Source of the DNA: Piromyces finnis finn
Lineage: Eukaryota > Fungi > Neocallimastigomycota
Assembly: GCA_002104945.1 (NCBI GenBank)
Contig: MCFH01000200.1
Location: 1-17,997, forward strand
Direction of reading: 5' to 3'
Length of the DNA stretch: 17,997 nucleotides
A program made the position numbers and the translations under genes. Below, in pieces: positions 1 to 11,400 of the stretch. The notes under the pieces are model-generated. The model did no database searches, was not told the origin of the DNA, and saw only the letters and a list, made by a program, of their open reading frames with translations. Numbering within the stretch: the stretch's first letter is position 1; every line of letters starts with the position of its first letter.

Positions 1-492
1 CATATATAAATAAATTTTTATTATTAATATGAAGGGTATATGGCGTCTATTAAATGTATAATATTCATTTATATTCATTATTCTTTAAAAAAGTAATAAT
101 AAATTTCAATAAATAATAATAATAATAATAATAAAAAGAGTCAATATTATATGAAAGCATTTTTATAGTATTAAAAAAGGAAATTATCAATTTTAATTTT
201 TTTTCTTTTTCTTTTTTAAATATAAGATTCATCCATCCACTTTTTTTATTTTATTAATAAATTAATCCTCTTTTTAATTCGTATATTAAAAAATTATTTA
301 AATATAAAATGATTTTTCCTTTTTTATACTATAAAATGTTTTATATTGACTCTTTTTATTATTATTATTATTATTATTATTTATTGAAATTTATTATTAC
401 TTTTTTAAAGAATAATGAATATAAATGAATATTATACATTTAATAGACGCCATATACCCTTCATATTAATAATAAAAATTTATTTATATATG
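1..492. repeat. Long inverted repeat / foldback (MITE-like) element, left arm truncated by the window edge
   Basis: 1-147 is the reverse complement of 343-492 (e.g. GAAGGGTATATGGCGTCTATT vs AATAGACGCCATATACCCTTC). The arms are identical except for one AAT unit (7 vs 8). Imperfect pairing continues ~148-195 with ~301-342, leaving a ~100-bp spacer. Confidence 0.92.
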
Positions 493-528
493 AAAAATTC
501 TTATTTATTATTAAAGAAGAAAATATAC

Positions 529-563
529 CTATATAATGTTGTATGATACACAACATTATATAG
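529..563. repeat. Perfect 14-bp hairpin
   Basis: CTATATAATGTTGT (529-542), 7-nt loop, ACAACATTATATAG (550-563). Confidence 0.85.
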
Positions 564-647
564 ATTATATATTGTCTTTTACAGTCATTAAAAAAAAAAA
601 AAGAAATTATTCTTTAAAAAATCTTATTATTTTTCTTTAACAAATAT

Positions 648-2098
648 TTAAAAATTCCTATTTAATTTATATTGGACTTGCGTATAAGGTTGATTGTAAG
701 AAGAACTATAAGGAGTATTATTATTAGGATTATTATTAGTAGTAGTAGTAGTTGTAGTAGTGTATGATTAGTATGATTATTATAATATTCAGTCATTTCC
801 CTTTCAATATGAGTAATATCATCATCATTTTCATTAGAATCACTAAAAATAGCCTTTGGTGAGGATTGTGTACCATATCGACTCAATTTTCTATGATCGG
901 GGGTTACTAATAATAATTATCTGATCCAGTATCCGAATTAATATCTTTTAATCCTGATTGATAATTTTTACTATTAATTCTATCAATATGTTTTACTATT
1001 AAATCATCTTCTTTTTTTAAACTGTAGATATTATATCTCTTTCAAAAATATTGCTAAAATAATTAGAGGAACCAATATAATAACTAATGGTAAAATGTAA
1101 TTTGAAATACCACTTCTTTTAAAAAAAGAACTACGATAGGATCTTCCTTCTTCAACTTTTTTTAAAAGTTCTGGAGAACTTCCGTAGTAATTTTAGACAG
1201 GAAGGTTTCTCATTTAATTTAATACAAAATTCTCCACTTTTAAATTCACAAGAATTACCGAGTCTGGATAATTTGGAATAATACCATATAAACCACTCTC
1301 TGATAAATCTCTATTTATATTATTATAAATGTGTTTATAGAATTATGTTTTTTACATTCATTATTTTATAAATAATAAAAAAAAATAAAAAATTGAATGG
1401 AATAAATTAATATTTAATCAATAATACAAAACTTTTTTCATTTATATATTTATATATAAATGAAGAATCAAAATAATATTTCATTACTTACATTTTACTT
1501 AATTCTGGTAAATTACCAGAAAAATCAATGACATCATTCAACTTATTTTTGATAAATTTCTGTAAATAAAAATTAAAATATATTAATATAATAATATAGT
1601 ATAGTAAAATGTTGAAATAATAGTATTGATAAAATATTTACAAATATTTAAGTTTCTTTAAATTTTCAATTGAATCTGGAATTAATCCAGTAAGAGAATT
1701 TTCACTCAAGTCTCTAAATAATTATACACCCATATAAATATTGAAAATATAATAGATAAAAAGTTCTCATAAATAAAAGTATTTATAATAAAATGAATTT
1801 TATATTAATTTAAAGTTACAGTGATTCCAGATTTTCTAATTCTCCTATGCTTTCAGGAATTTTTTCTGTCAGCTTATTTCCATTTAAATGTCTATAAAAT
1901 TTTAATTGTTATTCATTCAATAAATTAATTATTTTCTATTATATATAATATTTTAATAAATTTATTATTTTACTATTATATATAATATATTTTATAATAT
2001 AGTATTATAATAAAGGGAATTACAATTTTTTAATATGAGTCAAATCTCCTATTGATTTTGGTATTCTCCTTCTAATAAATTATTATCAAGATGTCTAT

Positions 2099-2138
<40 letters not shown>

Positions 2139-2816
2139 TTACAGAAATAAATTGTTAATCTTAATAATAATAATAATGTAAATTCAAAAAGCATAGATAA
2201 AACAAATTACATTTCTTTAATATTTTTAGGTTTCCTATGCTTTTTGGAATTTTCCCTTTAATTAGATTATTGCGAATGTACCTATAAATAATTATTAATA
2301 ATTTTATTTATTAAAAATAGTGACGTTAATAATAAAATTAATAAATATATCTTATACGGTTAATATAAAATACATGAGTTTATTACAAATATTCGAGTTC
2401 AGATAATTCATCTATACTCTCAGGGATATTGCCACCTATATTATTATTTTTTATATACTTTTATTTAAAATATTATAATTAAATTCTTGTTTTTTAAATA
2501 TTATAATCATAATATTAATATGCTTTTTAAACTTAATTACAATGTTTTTAAACTTGAAATTTTAATGACAGCATCAGGGAAATCTTTTTCTAAATAGTTT
2601 TCCATTAGTTCTCTAAAATAATAATATAATTGAACAAGAAAATTAAGTAATTCATGCTATTTATATACTTATAATTTTATAATAGTAATAAAATTATATT
2701 TACAATGTATTTAAATTTTTAATTTACTGAGAAAATCAGGAATTTTAATACCACCATTATTAACTTTAGTAATACCGCTATATAAAATAAAATAATAATA
2801 TATAAAAAAAAAGGTG

Positions 2817-2847
<31 letters not shown>

Positions 2848-3322
2848 GTTTATTATTATTAAAAGAATAAAAGAAAAGAAACAAAACTAATATATTTAAT
2901 TATTACATTCTTTCAAGGTTACTTAAATTTGTTAATGATTCGGGTATTTGATTAACAAATTTAAATCTTTCACCATTTAATTCACTTAATTGTTTATATA
3001 TATCATTACCAACAAAATTATAAAATAAATTTTTATGTTAGTGTTAAACAATAATTTATTATTAGTTATCATTATAAATTACTATTGTTTTCTATTAAAA
3101 TAGTTTACATATTAGTAATAATTTTGGAGCCATCTTCATCTGCACAACCAATAAAATCTAAATCACAACAATCCATGTTAACATCTGAGACTTTTGTAAA
3201 ATCCTGTATACTATCTGTTATTTCATTTATAATATCATATAGTATTTCACATTGATTTTTTGCATGAATAGATTTATAAATATACTTGATATTAATAAAT
3301 ATGATAGTGATTTAATTCTCAT
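648..3322 (-). CDS. Secreted single-pass leucine-rich-repeat receptor-like protein (11 exons; several 1-bp deletions, probably assembly errors)
   Basis: Exons by manual splicing: 3322-3109, 3020-2907, 2777-2704, 2612-2541, 2457-2387, 2281-2211, 2094-2024, 1891-1820, 1713-1642, 1559-1492, 1310-648. Signal peptide MRIKSLSYLLISSIFIN(S)IHA; Cys N-cap (QC..MDCCDLDFIGC); LRRs such as DLSENSLTGLIPDSIENLKKLKYL, HLNGNKLTEKIPESIGELENLESL and ELMENYLEKDFPDAVIKISSLKTL; Cys C-cap (SCEFKSGEFC..PSC); TM segment YILPLVIILVPLIILAIF; low-complexity cytoplasmic tail with no kinase. The acceptor AG at ~3021 lacks its G. Confidence 0.88.
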
Positions 3323-5540
3323 TTTTTATTATTTAAACTTTCGTAAAATGCAATGACAATTGATATCGAATTTAAAAGATATAGGTTGTTTATTTCTTTA
3401 TATATATTTAAAAATAATGAATATTTAAATATGTATTATCAAATTGTATAATGCTCAACAAGTATTGACAAATAAGTTTAATAGATTATTATTACTTTCG
3501 AATTATATTGAATTTATTATTAGCTTCTTACAATTATTGTTTTTTTTTCTTTCTCTTTTTTTTTTTTTTTTTTTTTGTTTTCTCTTTTTATTGATATTTT
3601 TTAATTACTGTTATTGTATTATTTTACTATTAAAATTTATGAAAAGGCTAATTCATAAAAATTAATATATCTTTTTATAATATTATTTGTTATTTGTTAC
3701 TTAAATTTTATTTTTATTTTCCTCTTATTGTTTTTTTTTCCTATTATTACAATTTATTTTATTTCTATTATTATTTTTATTTCTTTTAATTTTTACCAAT
3801 TTTACTATTTATTTATTAAAATATATCTAAAGAAACAACAATAATAACTACGTATATAATATATAACAATATAGAATCAATTTGTTTTTTAAAACTTTTT
3901 TTTTAAAAAAACTAAGTATTTTCTATATATAATAAAACTAATATAAAGTATATATTATCCTATGATATTAATACAATATTATTGATAAGCTATGTTAATC
4001 AAAATTTTTAAAAATCAGAAAAAAACCTAAAAAATGTAATTTGATTGCAAACAAAAGACAATGTTTATTACTTTTTCTTTTTTTTAAAAAAAAAAAAAAG
4101 TTTCAATTTATCTTGTTTTATTATAAAATGAATTATATTATATTTATGAATAATGATAATTATTTCATAAATGTATATGGAATATTAAAAAAAAATAAAC
4201 TTCTTACAAATAAAATTAAATATAAATATTCAGAATAATATTAATACACTATCAATAGTATAATTAAGTATTTGTTTTTTGTTTTTTTCCAATTATATAT
4301 ACATTTAATATTATTTATTATTTCTTTAAAGATTAAATTTTAAAAAAATAAAGTTAAAATACATTAAAAGATAAAGTAATATAGCAAGCAAACAAAATAT
4401 ATAATATATATTTTATATTAATTAACTTTTACTTTTTAAAAAAAAATTAATTATTTTAAAGTATATATTAAATTAATATTAAATTAAAATTTTGTATCAT
4501 ATAAAAGGTTTAATGAATGGTGGAAATATGTATTTTTACAAATAAATAAATTTATAATGTTTTTTTTCTCGTATTTCAATATTCAACATGCTCCGATATT
4601 ACATTTTTTATTATTATAATGTATTTATCCTTCCCCAAAGGCTTCTAAACTTCATCTATTTTTGCTCAATAGTAATAAGTAAATCGCCTTAATTGAAAAA
4701 GTTTTAACAAAATTTTTTCAGACATCATACATTTGTACTACCAAAAAACTTAAAGGAAAATCATGAATAATATATTAGAATATATATAATGTACACTAAA
4801 AATTGAAACAGAACCAATAGAATTCTAAATAGATTTGTTGTATACCAAATGTAACAATTTTTTAAAAACTCATTTAATAATATAATGGAATTATATGTTA
4901 TATTATTATATATATAAATGGAAAATTTATTAAATTTTGTTGTGATAAAAAATATTTATTATAAATTTTTAATTAACTTTTGCTTACATTTATTGGAAAA
5001 TGGATAAAAATGAAAGAAAAAATCTTTTAAAAGTCCTTTTTTTTACCTCATAAATTACATTACTAGGTAATTAAGTTACTTTAAAAAAATTATTCTAATA
5101 GCTTTTAAAAAGTTTCCCATAATGACATTACTAAAAGAAAAAAATATATAATTATTAAACTAAAAATATATATAAACATTTTCAATAATAATTTGTACAA
5201 AGAGTTAAAAAGTAACTTTTAATTTAACCATTTTGAAAGGATAAAAAAATTAATATGAAATTTGTAATTTACAACATCAAAGTTATCATGATTCTCAAAC
5301 TGAAAAAAAATGAATGAAAATCTGAAAAGAAAAAAATGTAAAGGAATGAAAATTGATGTGGAATTGAAAGATAGTTAATACTTTTATACAATTTAAAAAG
5401 ATATTATGGAATAAAGTATTTTTTCTTTAATTAAAATTGCTTTTGTATTTATCTTGGATATTTTATAGTTTAAAAATGTTTATTAATTAATTAAATTTAT
5501 TTATTATTTATTATTATTATTTATGTATTTATTTGTTTAT

Positions 5541-5544
5541 CTAT

Positions 5545-5575
<31 letters not shown>

Positions 5576-5598
5576 TTCATTCATTCATTCATTCATTT
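5541..5598. repeat. (ATTT)n/(ATTC)n microsatellite
   Basis: Tandem ATTT units grading into ATTC units. Confidence 0.8.
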
Positions 5599-6372
5599 AT
5601 ATACAACACAAAATGGAATAAAAATTTTATTAATATGTCATTTGAGTAATACTTTCTATCAATATACCATAATTATTTATTTGTTTAAATATCATTATTG
5701 TAATATTATATGAAATATAAGAATATAAAAAAGGTATTATTTTTAAAGCCACCATTGCTATAATGAATTTTGGTAAAATTATAAATTATCAATCACCAGT
5801 CAATTTCAAATTAAAATATTAAAAAGACCTGTTAAATTTTTAGCTATAAGAAAGTACCTAGTAATTTAAAAATACACATATATTATTATTACCAATAAAC
5901 TTTTATCGGTTTACTACGACGAATTTTCTAAAGTAATGATCATGGAATTTGAGAAGATAATGAGTAGTGAGACATGATGAAATTATTGTTGACCAAAATA
6001 AAATTGAGTTATGAAAATAATTATATATTTAATAATTTGTACAAAGAAACTGAATAGCATTTCTTACAAGTTATTAAATATATAATATATTCTATTTCAT
6101 TTTCACAATTTATAATGCTTTCAATAGAATAGTTTATTTTTTCAAAAAAAATAATTATGTAAAGCATAATAAAGAAATGAGTGCGTGTATCTATTGAATA
6201 TATTATTGATAAATAAATAATTAAAAATTTTTATTACATTCTTGAAAAGAAAAGAAAAAATTTTGCACATCCTATGATTCATTAAATGATATAAATTCTT
6301 TATTAATTAATTGAACCTTTGACGGAAAAAAAAAAATAAATTAATAGGAAATATTTTTAAAAATAAATTAAT

Positions 6373-6444
6373 TGCCTATTGACGGAATTGAACCACCGAC
6401 CTTCGCTTTACAAGAGCGACGCTCTACCACTAAGCCAAACAGGC
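6373..6444 (-). tRNA. tRNA-Thr (anticodon UGU), intronless
   Basis: Minus strand GCCTGTTTGGCTTAGTGGTAGAGCGTCGCTCTTGTAAAGCGAAGGTCGGTGGTTCAATTCCGTCAATAGGCA. Acceptor stem GCCTGTT/AATAGGC, D-loop AGTGGTA, anticodon stem TCGCT/AGCGA with loop CTTGTAA, T-loop GGTTCAATTCC, and a T-rich terminator downstream. Confidence 0.96.
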
Positions 6445-7279
6445 AACTGAAATTTCTTAGAGCTTATAAATGTTATAAATTTAAAAACTTAAAATTAAAT
6501 ATTATAATCTAACCCATATATTAATAATTTTTCTAATGCTTATCTTTGTAACTTATAAATATAACAATATTGAAGAAATATAAATGAAAAGAAAAAAAAA
6601 TATTTATATATATATATATATTTGATAACACCTTGACACCAACAACAACAAGAAAAAAAAAAGTATTTAATTTCAATTATTATTATTATATAGAAATAGT
6701 ATATATATTAATAATATAATAGTATATTAATTTTATATAAACTATTTAGAGAATAGTATATGTGTACAAAAGGTAGAAAAAAAAATATATTTATATCTTT
6801 TTTTTTTTTTTAGATTAACTTAAAATATATAAAATTCTTTTTTTTTTTACATACTAAAAATTATATGAATTCTATGTATATATCTTTATAATTTATACAA
6901 TATATATAATATTAGTTATTATTTTACATCTAAATACTAAAAATATCTAAGTTTTTTTTTTATGATATGTTACTTTTAAATAGTATAAGTTTTTTTTTTT
7001 TTATGATATAGTAATAAAGTATAGTATATATAATATATGATTTAGTTATTTTCCTGTTTTTTGTTTTTTGTTTATCATCAAAATCAAGGATAATAACTTT
7101 ATATAAATGATAATCAAATATTTTATTTGATTAATTTGTTAATTTTGTCTTTAAATTTTTGAAATTATTTGTATTTTTTTTTTTTTTATTATTACTATTA
7201 ATTAATATTTTTAGTTGTCATTTTGGGGATTTTGGGTTTGTTTTTGTTGTTTTTTTTTTAATTTCAGATATTATAAAAG

Positions 7280-8343
7280 TTAACGAAGAGCTGGTTCTTT
7301 AATATAAATACTTTGTGTATTAGCTCTATTATTCAAATCCATAGGTGAATTTGGTATAATAAGAGTTGACATTTGCATTTCCATTTTAGGATAAGCCAAA
7401 GATTGTTGTTGAATTGTGTCATTCTTTTCAGTATTAATAAAGATATCTTTATTATTAGATGTTACAGGAGAGAAGCCTGATCTAGTAGGTGATACATTAA
7501 TCATTGTAGTAGCACCGGTTGACATACTTTTAGTTGGTGATTCTAATGTAGCAAATTCATCATTATCCTCTTCTTCTTCTTCTTCTTCTTCTTCTTCTAA
7601 TACAGCATTGGGTTTAGTAGTTGTTGTAGTATTTACCCTAAATAAATAGGTATATAATAATAATTAATATTATTGTATTGTATTGTATACATGACCTTAT
7701 TATTAATTATAAAATACTTACAATGTAATTTCATTTAATAATCTGGATACTTCATTATTTAAAACATTATTCTACAATAAATATAAAATAAGGAGGAAAA
7801 AGGAAATATTAAAATTTATATTAGTCAAAAATATATAATTTATCTAGCTCAATATATTTAAATATATTATAGAATTATAATCAGCGTACATTTGAATATC
7901 CATCCATATTAAAATCTTCCAACTTGTAGTCATTTTTAACGTTGACATCTAATGCATTCTTTAATTCATCTACATTAATATAATCTGTATTTTGGTTCCA
8001 ATTGCTATGATAATATAATAATATACAAATACATTTATTTTAATTATTAATAAATTATTGACTCATTTAATGATAGTTTATAATAATTCTACTTACTGGT
8101 ATACTTATATTGCTAATTTATTATGCTTATTATCAATAAAGATAGAATTGGTCTTTTTACATTTTGGTTTGCTGATAATATGTCAACAAGTTCGGCAAAT
8201 GTAAGCTCTTTTTCTTTGTTTCTAATATTGGGTAATTCTTATAAAGATCTTCATTTATTCCTGTAAATTCATCAATTTTAACACGAGTAATGTATTCTTC
8301 TACTGGTGTTAAGACTACATCTTCTTTAATACCTAAATCCCTA

Positions 8344-8434
<91 letters not shown>

Positions 8435-8448
8435 TATTATTATTATTA

Positions 8449-8482
<34 letters not shown>

Positions 8483-11400
8483 TATTATTATTATTATTAT
8501 TATGTTTATTATTATTATATTATTATTATTTTATTATTATTATTATTATTATGTTTATTATTATTATGTTTATTATTATTATTATAATTACTTGAAAGTT
8601 TTATCCTTGTAGGAATAAATATTCTTTGGATCATAATCTAATTCAACATAGTTGCCAGTACTCTTTCTATCTTCCTTAACCTATTATTTTAAAAACACAC
8701 AATTATTTACAATTTATATTACTTTGATATTATTATTCTAATATAAAATTAAATAATATTAGCTAATACTTACATCATTAACATATTTAGTTAAAGCATC
8801 ATTTTTTATGGTAGCTGCAATGTTTTCCATATAATTTAATAAATAGTATGGAATACAACTTGTTCCTCAACACTTTTTCTTCTTTTAATTCCTAAAAATA
8901 AAAAATAAATATTAAGTTTAAAAAAAACAAAATTTTCTTTTTATATTAATAATAGTTACTTGTATTTTATCAATAAAGGTATGGTCATCAAAGTTTCTTC
9001 AACAAAGAATGACTAAGAGTAACAATTAATACGTTGTAATAAGGATATAATCAATGACCTCTAAATCATTTTTATTTAAATAATCATATAAAACAAAATG
9101 ATATTCTTTATTCATCTATTAATATAATAATATATATATATTTTTTATTTAGTTAATTGGTCATTGATAATGTTGTACTTATTACTTATTATATAATTAT
9201 ATTTTATATTACCATTGTTTGTTTTTTGGCATTAGCGGCGGTATCATTACTACAAATAATATTATAATAAAATGGAAATTTTAATAATTTGTTTATAAAT
9301 GAACAATAAATCAATAAAATAAAATATTGGTATATTTACACTGATGCAATATATGGTAAGGCACAAGCGAAAAGTTGAAGTATTCAACTTTTTGTTCTAG
9401 TGAATATTTAATTCACGAATATATTAATTAGATTAAAAAAAATAATAATAAAAATAAAATGAAAAATATTTTTCAAGTTTTTTTAATATATACCAATGGA
9501 ATCTGTGAGAAGGAATCTTAACGTTGATGTAATTAATTCAATTGGAATTCCTACAGGAGTATAATTAACTGAAGTGTTTGAATCAGAAACCTTACGGTTT
9601 TCTAATACTCTTCTTAAACAATGGAATAAATTATTCTATATTTAATTATATCATCTGTTTCCAAGTATTCATTTAAATCATTTATAGAAGTATTAGAATA
9701 GTACTAATAGCTTTCTTGAAATTGGAGGTACGTCTTTCTTTTCTTTATTAACATCACCAGTAAAACAAAGACGATTGATTAAGAAGGAAAGCATATCATT
9801 AGTTTGTTCAGGGTAATAAATATTTCTTGCTAAAGTACCAATACAATCTATAACTGCACTTTGGAATACTTCAATATCTTCCTTGGAATTTGTTTTATCT
9901 TTAACAGAAATTAAAAGATGTTTTGTTAAATTATCTAATAATTCTAAGCATGTTAAACCAATGGAGCGTTCATCCGATGTGATGACAAAAGTTAATACAA
10001 AGATAATATAGTTTGAATCTTGATATCATTTTTATTAGATTCAGAATCATTTAAACGTTTGAACAATGAAGTAATTAATAAATAACGATATTGATTCTGA
10101 ATAGCATCCATTGCTATCTTTAATATCTTTGTTAAATAATGCAAGTAGGACCACTGGTCTTTATCATTAAGAAAACTAATTTATTAAAAGAAAATAGTGA
10201 TGATAAGATTAATAAATATAGTCATAGAAAATAATATTAATACAAAAAAAAAAAAAACTGTTTGTTTTATATAATTATTTAAATTATAAATTTTTATAAT
10301 AAATACTATACCTATAAATTGGAGTTATAATTTTTTCAAAAGTAGCTGGTGTAACTTTTTGCATAAGCTCAAAAATAGATTTCAAGGCATAGTTTCCAAT
10401 TCAATAACTTCACTACTTACATTTTTCTTTTCTAAAGTATGAGCCTTTGCTTCCTCAGCATTATTAATACTAACATTGGATTTAACTTTTGTAACTAATA
10501 TATTTTCAACTAAAGGTTGAATAACAATGAGATAGAAATCGATATTGGTGAAATTAAAAAGTATTAGATGAAACAACAGAATGAAGTGCCTTTAATCCAT
10601 TTAATCTTGTTCTATTATTTTGGTAATAATATACAATAATTATTATAATGACATATAAATTTTTCTTTATGAAATTTATATATTTTAATTATAAAGGGAA
10701 GGAAAAAAAAAAAAGGATAATCTTACTCATTTCTTTTTTGTTCATTGGTATCTTCAGAAGAACAACATTTACAAAATTCTTTTAAAACTTGGAGATATTT
10801 ATTATGGAAAGAATCATCAATATCAATAGTAGTATGATCATGTTTTGAACTGAAATTAACAAACTTTTATTTATAAATAGATAATGAGCATATATATATA
10901 TTTATTTATCTATATTATATAATAATAATAAAACCTACAGTATTTGTGACTTCTGTAATAAATCCATATTAGAAATAAGAATTTCATAAATATATTTATA
11001 GCATTTTTTGATATTAAATTCATATGTTGAGGACAGCTATTAAAAGAGAATCAAGAATAGTAAGCGTAACCTTGACCAAACTTATAATATTATATATATT
11101 ATAATAAAGAAGAATAATTAATATATTTCATTGATAAAGAATTTATAAAATTTAAAATTCTTAAAGTAACTTCCTAATGACTCTGAATTTTTTTTTTTTT
11201 TTTTTTTACTATTCAATTTTTTAAAAATATAATTAAAAAGAAAAGCTTTTTCCAAAATATTTAAAAAAAAAAAAAAATCTATTGTTCATTTATTCATAAA
11301 AAAAAAAAAACTTACTCTGGTCTTGAATTCCATATATCTCTTTTTGCCTTTTTTTCAAGATAATTACCAACCTTTATTAATTTTTGAGGTCTAGATTTGG

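Noticed and set aside
662-886. 74-aa ORF with a long hydrophobic C-terminus as a standalone membrane peptide
   Set aside because: It is part of the last exon of the LRR gene. The Leu/Ile run most likely comes from a 1-base slip into ACT/AAT repeats.
3444-4238. ORFs 3444-3665 and 4041-4238
   Set aside because: Low-complexity translations of poly-T/poly-A intergenic DNA with no recognisable motifs.
6947-7010. Short direct repeat TAAGT(n)ATGATAT x2
   Set aside because: A simple local duplication in homopolymer-rich DNA, with no spacer array or element structure (not CRISPR-like).
7416-7649. + strand 77-aa ORF (also 11561-11752)
   Set aside because: Antisense shadows of EFR3 exons.
8290-8595. 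101-aa + strand ORF (poly-Tyr/Ile/Leu), and a poly-Asn reading on the minus strand
   Set aside because: It is a translation of the (TAT)n/(AAT)n microsatellite. GT-AG sites and in-frame joining show the tract is an EFR3 intron, and the unspliced frame stops immediately.
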